From NCBI GenBank assembly GCA_964057225.1, contig OZ059896.1, positions 15,128,001 through 15,192,000 on the forward strand: a stretch of DNA of 64,000 nt. Direction: 5' to 3'. The translations under genes were made by a program, and so were the position numbers. Source of the DNA: Auanema rhodensis (lineage: Eukaryota; Animalia; Nematoda). The notes under the pieces were generated by a model that searched no databases, was not told where the DNA came from, and saw only the letters and a program-made list of their open reading frames with translations. Below are positions 52,256-64,000 of this stretch, one piece after another. The stretch's first letter is position 1, and each line of letters begins with the position of its first letter.

Positions 52256-54024
52256 TCATCGTTCGATCGAAGGCATCCATGATGATACACGAGGTTTACT
52301 GCTGTCATCACTAGTTTTGCGTTCTTCTGGTCTCCGCCGGGGATCTCGAACGAGGCTGGTTACCGGCTGAGTGTCGCTTGGAGGACATCCGGAGGCTATT
52401 AATGATGAAACTGCGTCAAATTGACTAGCAATTACACGGCTTTTCCTGGGATCATTAGACCCCGCAGTTGAAGGGTCCACACCGAAATAGGGGGGCTGAG
52501 AAGTCACTGGTATCAATCTCCAGGCCACCTGTGCCTGTTGCGGTATTGAGCAAATGGCTTCATCAGACGCACCACCGTACATAGGAGGGCTAGCAGGGCT
52601 ATCATCCACTAAGTGTTCTCCCGCTATTTGTGCTAACATTTGTGAAATATCAAACTGAGCTGCTCCCGAATTTTTTTCTTCACTTATCTGCTGGGAATGT
52701 GAAGGACCATATCCAGACGGAAGACTTGATGTCTGAAAATTGATAACGTTCGAAGCAAAAATATCTTATCAAACAAACCTGAGATGGTGGATATTGTGTT
52801 GAATGTGACGTGGCTAATGTGGGTACAACGACCGAGGGTGGAGCCAATTGTCCATTACTGACCTGTTGCTGAGGAATGGGTGCGTGAATAATAGGACCAG
52901 AGGGTAGGGAAGGCCCACCAGGAGCAGGTCCTTGTGGCAGTAGAACACGTCGTCGTGGTGGTTGGCCGCCGGCCTTAAAAATAGGCAATACAATTGTCAT
53001 ATAATATTAAGAACTAACCGGGAGGATATAATGAGAGGAAGAAGGTCGAATAACTTCATCCTCTTGTAACATTCGTTCTATAAGGGGGCGAGTATAATCT
53101 GTTAAAGGCTAGAAAAATAGATTAAAATAAAAATTGTTAAAAAAATTAATTACTTGATGACTAAAGTGACACGGCTCCCTAGCACAACCTCCTCGGTGGT
53201 AAGCTCTACATGGAAACTCTCCATGGAGTGCAAGACATGTTAAACCCTTAACCATTCATGCATTACAAAAAATCAAAATTTAAGAGAAATTACCTTTTTA
53301 CAGAAGCCTTGCTGATAAAATCGACATAGTTCAGCTTTCCTAAGAGAATCTTCAGCTTGATGAGAGTAAGCACAACTGTCCCCATCTCGACAATACCCTT
53401 CGCGGAAAAATTTACAAATTAAATGCTCTGTAGCCTTTTTTGGTTTGTGATGGAATGAACGCCATTGCTTTCCAAAAGGGCGCTTGGCACCTCGTTGATC
53501 ATAATCTTCCTCAGTAGGAGAATGACGTCTTCTGCAACATATGTCATTAAGATAGATTTCTAATAAAATAAAATAAACCTTCTTCCAGGTGGTGGCCTGT
53601 AATCACAATCTCTATAACCTTCTTCGTCTAATCGATAATCTCTATCTTCAGCGCTTGAAACTGGGAAATCATTAGAATCGTTTTCATTTGGCCATTCTTT
53701 AGACACTGCTTCCTAAATAGCAAAACGATGTAAAGAGAAGAGAATATGAATAGCTTACTATATCGTCTCCATAACCTCTTGGAGCAGGTTTTCTCGGAGC
53801 TGGAGATCCATGTGCTGGTTGTGGGGCAGTGGGAATCTCTTTGGAGGGACTCGCTTTGCGTTTTCCTTTAAATTTACTAATGTTTTTTCTTCTCCGATGC
53901 AAAATGACATACCAATACTCATTCCCTCTTCTTCATCTTGAATTTCGCCATCCTCTGGCAGTTCACCATCTTCAAAATCCTCCGTTTTGGAAAAGTCTGG
54001 TGATGTAGTCATTACATCTACCAT
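52256..54024 (-). CDS. Tandem CCCH zinc-finger protein, ZC3H4/ZC3H6/su(s)-like
   Basis: N-terminal EDGELPEDGEI. Three CCCH fingers: ICKFFREGYCRDGDSCAYSH, LCRFYQQGFCKK|GLTCLALH, FPCRAYHRGGCAREPCHFSH. Pro-rich region and C-terminal NDPR/RDPR motifs. Confidence 0.85.
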
Positions 54025-55820
54025 AATCTATAAATGCATATCTCAGAAAACAGACTGTTAATCAAAAATTGCAATATGAGAAAACAAGAAACATCATAAA
54101 TACATGTCCCAAAACTCTTCCCAAACTAAATCTCTCTCGCTTATAGGGTCTTCAAATACTGTTATCTTCCAGTTTTTGGTATTTCTGTACAAGAGTGGTG
54201 CTCTCTGAGCTTTGTCAGATTTCTTTGAATTAGATGCTTTCCCTCCACATACCGTAGTCGTCACTTTAAGGGCGGAGTGGTGTGTAAGCTCCGCCCACAC
54301 CACGCCACTCTTGTGATTGTATTAGGTTCCAATTTTTTTTTCTCAGTACAACTTACTTATATATGACCTGAAGGATAATTAGAGTTTTAGCCCAAGTGAA
54401 TGAAAAAGAAGCAAAGAAATATCATGGATAGGCCATAGATAAGAAAAGTGATTGCGGTGGGTAATGAAATAAGAGACGAAACAAGCAAGAAGCTCGTTCC
54501 TAGACAGAAAAAATTTAATATCAAAAAAGCTAATTAGATGAGTATAAGTGCATTATGGAGTATGAACCCGGCTTAGACCTCAGCGACCACGATGACTTAA
54601 AGACAATTGGTGGTAATTATCGTGGGAATTAAGCTTGGAACGGACACTCAGATAGAATAGCTGAAGAAGAGACAAAGAACTGAATATAACTTCAGAAATA
54701 TAAGCTTCATGGATTATTAGATCCAGTCTTGGCATATTCAATAACCTCAGATTTCTTACCATCCTGCATCAGGAGATTCTAGAAACCTGCTGACCATTTA
54801 GCGTTGATGTACAACGCTTCTCCTGCTGACAAGCTTTCGTATTACTCATTCAATATGATGAGTACAATACTATCCTAACAATCCCAAAATGAAGTAGAAA
54901 GAATGTTCGAAAATTCGTGTGGTTGGGACACAGAGCCCTCCTCAAGTGACTATCGCACCGCCTGACGGCCAAAGCGCGGACGAATTGCACTCTAACAATC
55001 TGGGTCTCTTCAATCTATATACTATTTCGTTTATCGATTGCAATGCAGGCCAACAAACTAGCCCGCGATTATAGTCAACATTCAAGGCTGACAATATTGA
55101 TTGCTGGAAATGTTGAATTGCATAGTTGGGATGGTTTTTCTATCTATGACCGACGATGGACGACAATCCACAACGAATTAAGCACATAATTAAATTTGCT
55201 CTGGGACGAAGTAGTGAAATATTTTATCAAAACGGTTTTCTTAAAAAATAACTTAAAAGCACAAAATGTAAGCATCATCGTAGTAATGCTTTCTTCTTCG
55301 GAAATATCACGATTAGAAAAGGGTAGATAGGGAATTTCAAAGGACAAACGATAAAATAACGAATAATCGTTACCACCACTGTGATCCCAATTAGATTGTT
55401 TTCCTCCCTTCGTTTGGGATTTCGATTAGAAAAAGTTTCAAACAAATCAAAATTATTCCAGTTGTATATATATATATAAAATCGAATAAAACCTTCATCA
55501 CGAGGTGAGTTCAACACGGAAGTGCGCGATGCATCGACTCTAGAACAGAAAGACGCGTAGAAATTAGATTCGCAGGTTTCTGGTCTACTGTAAACTAGAA
55601 CTGCCCAGGTCTACATTCTCAATAGAGCTTCATTTGTTATCCTTCTATTTTATAACTGTGAGTTGAGAATACTTTACTCATTTAATTTATACATATATAT
55701 AACTATATATAATTATAAATATCACTGTAACGAAAGAAGGATTACATGATTACAACAAGTAAGAAAAGTTTCAAATTTTTTGAAATTATAGTAAAAATTT
55801 ATCAGGTAAAAGGAAAGGGA

Positions 55821-57973
55821 ATGAACTTTGCAGATGATTCGCATATCCTTTTAAAACTTGGAAGTAAGAAGCCTTCTCTTATTAGTAGTATAAGAAAGCT
55901 TTTTAGTTTTGGAATCAACTGAACCAAGTCCTAAGAGAACAAACTATGAAAATGGAAAAACTACTCAAGGAAATGCGAAACCGTCATCACCCAAAGAAGA
56001 AAAAGAAAAATTCGTGGATGTTAATATTAATGGAGATGTAATCAGTGATAACGACGAAGACTTTTTACTGAATGAGGTAGATTCTAAACCAACCGTTCAA
56101 CATTTTATTTTTTATCAGAATGGTGGATTGGGAGCTTCATCTCGTGGACCATCAAGATCTTTCGCACGAAGAAGAGATTCTGAATCATTCGTTTGTCGTC
56201 TTGTAGTACTCATCTTGATTTATTATGCTCTAGTAAATAAAAATAAGTTTGTGATACACTAATATGTTCTGTTGCAGGGAACATCCATATTCGCGGTATG
56301 CTCACCTTCATTACTAAAAGGAGACACTCTATGTCATTTTACATTTTGCATAGGAGCTTTTTGTAGTATTTTCCTAGGTAAATCATATAAAACAAATAAT
56401 AATTATTGAATACATTATTATGATTATTACAGCTTCCATTTTGATTCGAAGAATGTATTGGGTTCTCATCAGTTTACTTTCTTTTGTGTTAATAACAGTC
56501 ACACTTTGGTCCTTACATACCTTCAAGCACTTAGAATATGTCTCGTTTCTTCTTAATGGAGCTTCTTTTGGCGTTATCTTGTATTGTAAGTTAGAAATAG
56601 GTGACCTTTTACGTTCGAATTTCAGGTGGCCTAGCCGCATGGTTTTCCATTTGGAGAAGATATTGTCGATATATTCTGTCGTTGTCGGCTGTGTTTTCTG
56701 CCGGATTCCGTAAGTTCAGCATAAATCACCCAAGCAAATCAAACTTTTTTTAGTTACTCCACAAATATTATTTTCGAAGTTCGATCAAAGTATTGGTAGC
56801 CCGACATATTTTACCAAAAATGATGTATTAGTTGTTGCTTATCCGATTGCGAACCAAGCTAGGGGAGCTCGTGCAGCCAATATGTCGTTGTAAGTATGGA
56901 TAAGTAAGCGTGCTCATATCTATTATTTAAGAAAAACTCTGATCACACCAGATTTGAGTGATTATCTTATTGGCTCTCCTGCTGCTTCATTTAGTATAGT
57001 TGTTTGTTCACTTGCTATTTTAGTGAAATTGTTAGGATTTTCTCTTTGCTGTTTACGTTTAAGAAGTTCTCCTGACTCAAGAATGGGAAAGGTATATTCA
57101 AAAATTATCATTTTTATATCTTTTTTGAAATTTTCAGTTATTTGATAAATCCACAAGAAAATTGTCTCCTGAAAGTGGCATGCGTTTTATAGCGTTTCAG
57201 GTGTTATGTGGTGTTTCTGAAGGTACGGCTTATATTGAAAATAATATGTAATTTTTTACTTAAAGGTCTTGTTGTCATGACTGCTTCTTCTAAAGGAGCT
57301 GATTACTTGTTACTATATTCCTGTTTTTCTCTTTTGGGAAAAGTTTTTGCTTCCATTATGTTAGTTTTTACATTTAACATCATTTATTCTTTTTAAATTT
57401 TTAGTGGAGCTGGAAGTTGCTCAGTTTATGCTGTTTGGCTCTATTTAATCCTAAATCTATTAGCATCTACTATTTTGTTAATTTTTTCCATTAGCCCTTT
57501 TACTATTATCATAATTAGCTCTCCAATATCTTTACTCGGGTTATGCTGTACTCTGAATATTGAGGTACTGTTCTTCATTTTTTTCTTTTCTGTGACTTCC
57601 TGAACATAATTTAAGAGGAGAATCTCACCAAGAGCTTCTATAATTATAAAATACTATCTATCGGCTAATATGTTTGGCCATCTATTCTCTACTATACTTG
57701 GTACACATTTTGGGAGTTCGGAAAGAATGGTTTTGTTGTTTCTATTTAACATGGCTTTAGTGGGAAGTTTTCTATTATTAAATCGTTGTATTGCAAAGTT
57801 CCAAAGGTATGAATATCTTCATTAGTTTGATCAGCTATAAAAAGTTTAATTTCAGGCTTCAAGAGATATTAGAATATTCTAGTGAGCCTTTGGATACCAA
57901 TGAGGATTACATGGCCCTAACGGAAAATGTATCTGATTTAGAGATGGATGATTTAGATTTTGATATAAACTAA
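55821..57973 (+). CDS. Multi-pass membrane protein, probable MFS-type transporter
   Basis: In-phase exons from MNFADDSHILLKLG| through a hydrophilic N-tail and many hydrophobic helices to an acidic C-tail ...LEMDDLDFDIN*. Family not certain. Confidence 0.7.
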
Positions 57974-58202
57974 AGTTTAAAAAATATCTGGGTAAATTCA
58001 ACGGGATTTCATCATACATATGTACACTTATTCAAATTATATTATTATATATCATCCGGTTTGGAAAACCTTGCTGGTTTAAGGTTATATTTCGTTGTGA
58101 TGAATGCATGGCTATCTGTGATACATATTGCAATCTTTTTTCGCTCTCATCTAAAAAAAATGCATTTTATTTTGTTAAAATTAAATTATTTTTATTAATC
58201 TT

Positions 58203-59547
58203 CTAAAAATCGTATTGAGCAGTATATAGATAGCTGAAAAATGTGTCAAGTATATATCTCATTAGCATATAAAGACAGATGAATTGAATCCAGAACCACT
58301 TGAGAAGATCCATTATACCATTTTGGTATACAAAATTTGAGGTATTAACTATGATATTGAAATTGACTTCCAAAGAATTTCTTGATCTCTTACTTTGCAT
58401 CATCTTGGACATTCTTAATTGAAATATAAAGTTTGCTGCCAAAAAACCGAAACTTTCTACCGTGATAATTTCAGTGTGAGAGGAGAACATGCTAATCTAT
58501 TTAAAACTTCATCAGGCTTATAGTGATCAACATCTCTTCTAGTGTTGTTAATTATTTCCCAACTCTCTTCATTCCGCAAAGGTCTACTTTGATCTGGTGA
58601 CAAGTTACCAAAGATAGTTACTTTTGAAAGATTCCTAGGCAAGATAATGGTATCTACTATTGGTAGTTCAGCCTAAATTTTTTTCCATTTTTCTATATTT
58701 TTCGTGGTATATTACATGGACTATGCTGTGATATTCTAGATTGTATTGGAAATATATGAAATACATAAGAGTTGATACTTCAGCAGAAGTGATTGGCATT
58801 TTGATCGATAAATGAAGCTGAAAAAAACAAATATATTAAAGAAGCTTCTGTACGATCCTACAATTCGATGATCTGTCATATCTTCCCAATGATGTTTTTG
58901 CTCTATAAGTCGGAAATGATCGATATCAGCTCCATTTAGAACAGGAAATGAGCTACTGTATATCTGTAAGCAATTATATGGCAGGTTATAAACCTAATAT
59001 ATCTTACATGATTATTTTCTCCATTAAAAACTACTAAAAAATTTCCTGAAAATTCAACACCTGGCATTTCCATGAATTCACCCGTTTTTCTCCACATTTC
59101 CTGGAAAAAATATCGATACTGTAATCAACATACAAGAAAGATTTAACATTTGTGAACATAACAATGAGTAAAGGAATAAGATATTCCAATATTCGGAAGA
59201 ATGACACAATGAAATAAGGCCATGAAAAAACTGGTGCTCTTCGGTACTGCGGTGCTACCTGAAATATTCCAAATGCTAATTTCGTTAAACAAAAATGCAT
59301 TTGACATTTAATGAAGAAAAATAATAAAAACAACTCATTTTGTAATCTTATTTTTTCAAAAAAAATACAAATGTTCACACATTTCCTCAATTAACAAATT
59401 CAGTCCCACGTAACTAACATGACTTTCAACATTTTAATAATTTCAATGAAATCAATATTTTTCAGTTGATGACAAATATGGAATCTGACTAATTTCAAAT
59501 AAAAAACAAAAACTAACCGGAGGAATTGAAATATTTTCGAATGTCAT
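58203..59547 (-). CDS. tmem-231: Ciliary transition-zone protein TMEM231
   Basis: MTFENISIPP|VAPQYRRAPVFS...IPLLIVMFTN|EMWRKTGEFMEMPGVEF...|IYSSSFPVLN...IFGNLSPDQSRPL...YQNGIMDLLKWFWIQF. Collinear with remembered TMEM231 segments GFWLKRSSYEEQP and YQPGFWEMVKFAWVQY. Confidence 0.85.
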
Positions 59548-59728
59548 TATGAAGATTTTTCAGTATGCTTTTCTTGGAAATACCGATCCAAATAGCGCTG
59601 AGAATTGTGCCAACTCGCAAAAAACAGACAAATTAGAGAAATTATAACCAGAAAAATTGAGAAGGCTCGAAATGACCGCTTGGCAGCTCCTTTAGTCTGC
59701 ATTTGATATCCGTTGCTAGGACTGGTTG

Positions 59729-59742
59729 GTCCTCTTGGCAAC
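59729..59742. promoter_or_regulatory. X-box (RFX/DAF-19 site) upstream of tmem-231
   Basis: GTCCTCTTGGCAAC closely matches GTHNYYATRRNAAC (one mismatch), about 185 nt upstream of a ciliary gene. A second RFX-like half site GTTGCTAG is at 59712. Confidence 0.7.
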
Positions 59743-62700
59743 CATGAAACTAGCGTCCAAACGGACTTGACATCTGTGGTAATCTACTGCAGGCTCAGGG
59801 TGCAATCGCGATATATTATAAAGAATGCATAAAGCAGGAATACTGCAACTGAAATATCTTTTTATTTTTTTAATGCAATCAGAAGTAAGGAGACGTAAAT
59901 TACAGTCCAAAATTGAAATTACACTTATTATTGAGAAATTATAAAACAATCATGTAATTAAAACAGTGTAATATCAAATAGCAAAAAGAAACTATATGTA
60001 TATACACAATACCAATATTCTTTCATCGTTTTTTTTCTTAAAAAAGGTCATGTTTTCAATACACAAGAGATATTCATTATTTTTGTTTTTGTTAAAGGTC
60101 AGTCTATAGACTCATGCGCGTATTGTTTTCAGGGAAAAAAAGAAGAAAAGTGGTTGTAGTACTGTTGAATAAAGGTAGTATGTAGAGAGAAGTAGACTTG
60201 GCGACAAACGACTTTGTCTCTCTTTTCTAAGTTTTTTAGTTAGTTTTCTATTTGTTAGTTCAATTGCATAATGAAAAAGAGATGAAACATAATTATCATA
60301 TTGCTATACCACACAACCACATATTTTACATCGTTTTATCATTTAAGTATCTTATCGCTGATATAAGAGACTTTTATAACTTTTAACGATTTTAGTGTTA
60401 CGAATTTAAGCCTTTAGCTAATTAAATTGAATTGAATTCTAACATAGAATTGTGCTGCGTTACTTGTTCAGAGCAGAAGAAATTACGTTTCGAATGAGTC
60501 ATCTTGAAATAGGTGGAGGCAGAGTGTTGTGTGTCAATTTTGAAGAAAAATATTGTCGAGAATGTAGAAGCTTCTGAATCATCTTCACATATTTTCAATT
60601 TTCATTTGTTCTTATTTTATTTTATCGTGTTCTTCTGTAGAGAAATTTTTCATTCTAATAATAACCTCATATAAAATCCTCGTCACATAATCACAGATTG
60701 GCCTTTCCCTCTTCTTCTTGCCCATTGAATTGATTTGAAAGGGAGTAAGAGAAAGAACGCTCCTCCTCTGCCTGGCTGATGGTCCGTCCGTCCTTCTTCT
60801 GGGTCGAGCTGTTCGAGATCATTCTCTGTCTGGTCTCCTCCTCTTTCATGCCTGACCACTGGTCGAATTGGGTATGCTCTCCTCAAAGAAACCTTCTCTT
60901 ATGTCTCATTGGTTTCTTTATAAGTAATAATATCTAGTGTATTCTCATATGGAAGTAGGCGAAGATGCAGGAAGGACCAGCTTGGTGATGACCATCTTGA
61001 TTTTCCTCCTTCCAAGCCTAGCCGGACTGTTCATTCTCTCTGCTTTTCTTCATCTTTTTCTACAATCTATTTCTGAATTGTCTTTAAATCTTACTCTCTA
61101 TTCGCCCTTCCATCCTTCTTATTATTCTTCTCTCCCTCTCTCTCTTTACTCCTATTATTTCGTCTTCTTATTCTTTTAGCTTGATCATCATCCTGCTTTT
61201 GGGTAGTTAGTCAGCTTACCAGACAGCCAACCAGTCATAGTCCGTCAGTCATTCGGTCATTCTTCAGTTACTGGCCAGATGTCCGTTTAGTTGCGATCGT
61301 TAAATTAGCCGATGTCCATGTGCTGATTCTTCTAACATGACTGACTATTCTTGCTTAGAACCTTATTTGGAGCATAGCTTCCCAAATAGTTATTATGGAT
61401 GTTTATTCTAGAACACGCATCATCATAATCAATTCCAAGTCCTCTTATGTATTATTAATACTAGCATTTCACAATCTTTTTTCAAAAAATAAAATATTCA
61501 AGTCGTCCTGCCTTTGCCTCTCCTTCTTGTAATAATTTGAAGAATGTGGTCGTTTTTTCGAAAATTTATAATTTTTTAAACATACTTATGACTTGCTCTA
61601 ATGCTGTACAGTACCTTATAAGCTACCTTTTTTTTGAATGTTTCATCTTATTCAAAGTTTAAGTTTTTTCCAAATTCCTCATCTTAGCTTAGTTTTTAAC
61701 TAATAATTTGCTTGAAACTTTTTCTATTCGTTTGGTTATATGTTGGGTCGTTTTTTCTCTGAATTTGTGTTGTCTCGAAATATTTGTTGTTCCATTTGTT
61801 AGCCGAAATGCCAACAACGCACACCAACAAGAGATTTCGAAGTAACCGGAGACTTAAGGTCGTCTAACATACTTCTATTTTCTATTGTAGATTTTGTCAT
61901 GTAATTCCTTAAATATCTTGATCATGATGGTGATGATTCAATCTAAAGTCAACTACGTGAACCTGATCGTTATGGACATGTGTATTAATGACTGTCGCTT
62001 AGAGAGTGGGCCGGCCATTTTTGGCAAGTGAAACATGATGACTCACCCACAGCAGTCATCGCTACCCAATAGTCTTACCACCCATTCCTACGTACAACAA
62101 TACATACACACACGTGTCTTTCATGTCTCCTAACTTGGTTCTATTTCTCATATTCTCTCATGCTGCTTGTTGTCAGTTTTTGTTTCCTCCGTATATAGAC
62201 GTGGTGGGCTTAGCGACCATGTTCGATCTAGTCTTGTCAGTCCAAGTCTTTATAGTTCGTCCTGAAGTCTCCTCCTGCGCTATTGTATTCATTTGAGACT
62301 GTATAATTGGTGAGTTAAGTGTGACGAACCGAAGACTTTTGTCTCGTGCTGTTGGTCGAAAGACCTAGAAAGCGGCTTAGAAGGCAGCGATGCGCACTGC
62401 GAATCGAGCGCCCCAACAAATAGTTCTACTAATATCTTTTTATTTTCCTCCTTCGAAAAATGATGCGATAGAACGAACTTCGAGGAATAGATAAGAAAAA
62501 TAAGAACCATTATTCAGGTCTGTTTCTGCCTTACCTCCACAGCGTATTACCATCTCTCCTCTTAACCTTTTCGGTCAATACTATTTATCTGTGCTTATTT
62601 TATAACATATGTTTATGCTTAATCAATTTGAGGTATCATAATATTATTGTTGTTCCCTCATACGCTTGAACTTAACACTCATTCTCTAGCGTGAATTGAG

Positions 62701-63473
62701 GTAGACAAAAGGTCCGTCACCATAGGTTCGCGCGCATTTCATCGATTCCATTTCAAATGACTTGTCGTTTGACAGTCCAATGTGCGTGTGATCACCGTAT
62801 TTCCTCTTCTATTTAGTTTTCTCTACGCAAATAGGTGTATTTGATGCCAAGTTAGCATAAACATATAAGCCAGAAGTATGATGCTTTCCCACGTTAAACT
62901 TAAATAATCTCTTCGGAGGATTTTTTGGCTAGATAAGGATATTTTAAGAAATTTCCATATTTGTCTAGTTTTCAAGCACAATAAATAAAAACCACACACA
63001 TGCAACATTGAACACCACAAATTTCCCCACTTGCAACGCCCTATATGACCGCAATTCGATATATTTGCCACTATTTTATTTTGTGAATATATTGTTTTAT
63101 TCCTATTGTTTTTATTTTTTCTTCCATAATTTATATTTTGCCATCGTTGTTTATACCATCTCGTAATCGCTAATTCAATCTTTCGACGTCTTCATATATG
63201 CAAAAGTGACGTGACTTTCACGCAAGGCATATATGTCCATTTTAGATTTATTGAGTCGTTGCCGCTTGAACTGTTGAAAAATAATTTAGATAGTATTATT
63301 CCATTCATATCTTTTTTTTTTATTTCTCTTCTTCATTATTCTATAGCGATGTTAACATTGAATGTTGACTAATATCCAAGTTTGCTCTATATACATATTA
63401 TACGTACTGTTTTCGTTTGCTTGCTTGTATTCACCAACTTGATTTTTAATCTTCATTTTCTTCAGGTTTTAAA

Positions 63474-64000
63474 ATGCTCACGAGGGAGCAATTAACAGAT
63501 TTAGCTGAGAACTTCCCAACGGTAAGTGTTTTCTGTTTTTGCTTTAATGGTAATAAAAATGTGTTCAAGGTTTCCGCGGATGGCACAGGATTTCTTCCAC
63601 GTTCTGATGTCCAAGGAGCTTTGAAAGTTCTTGGCATTGACATTCCAGGATATAAGGTTAACTACAAATTAATTTTAGTTTATTAAATGTTTTTTTAGAT
63701 GAGAGATCTCATGGATAAGTTTGGGAATGATGCTCAAGTTGAGATGAGCAAATTCACTAATCTTTTTGAAGAATTAGAAGAGGCAAAGCAGAAAGAAGTT
63801 AATCGTTGGAAGGATCGCATCGGGTTCGCTGAGATTTAATAATTCTTTTTATATAAATTGGTATCTGTTAAGCTCTGTTAGCGGAACCTATCAAGTTCAG
63901 AGTGAAAAACAAGAAAACACTGTCCACACAATTCGTGTAGAGGTTTGTGAATAATCTTTGTTGACTTTTAATTGAAATATATTTCTTTATAGGAAGAAGT
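63474..64000 (+). CDS. plst-1: Plastin/fimbrin, 5' part (continues beyond the window)
   Basis: MLTREQLTDLAENFPT|VSADGTGFL...LGIDIPGYK|MRDL...|SVSGTYQVQSEKQENTVHTIRVE|EE. Degenerate EF-hand head with the PGYK and H(T/S)..EEE plastin signatures. Confidence 0.85.

Noticed and set aside
54569-54579. GGCTTAG telomere-like heptamer
   Set aside because: A single short match. I saw no (TTAGGC)n tract or telomere-addition site anywhere in the window.
60683-63071. Short ORFs upstream of plastin
   Set aside because: Low-complexity, no homology and no consistent splicing; most likely regulatory or 5'-UTR intron sequence of plastin.

Overview
AT-rich, gene-dense eukaryotic DNA from a rhabditid-type nematode. 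Evidence: introns mostly 40-55 nt with GT...TTTCAG/TTTTAG, a cuticle collagen, and operon-like gene spacing. The species cannot be determined from the sequence. The first 14.5 kb holds two oppositely oriented tandem arrays of intron-containing tRNA-Tyr(GUA) genes. The left array (minus strand) has 162-bp units and a 574-bp higher-order repeat that includes half-tRNAs. The right array (plus strand) has 11 units of 159 bp. Between them are about 12 kb with a Rap1/TEBP-like Myb-domain gene, a divergent dynein light chain, a Ly6/three-finger gene and a small Cys-rich membrane protein. The rest is mostly conserved genes, assembled by hand across introns: PHYHD1, a DUF4139 protein, pas-5, ICAP-1, LACTB, qns-1, tram-1, RPP21, DUS3L, taf-2, BORCS6, map-1, ICE2/NARG2, a ZC3H4-like gene, an MFS-like transporter, tmem-231 and the 5' part of plastin. 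Three genes are packed antisense into others: a collagen in a DUF4139 intron, iscu-1 in a LACTB intron, and a 5-finger C2H2 gene (missed by the ORF track) whose ATG is 13 nt from the map-1 ATG. Family assignments come from remembered motifs, not database searches.
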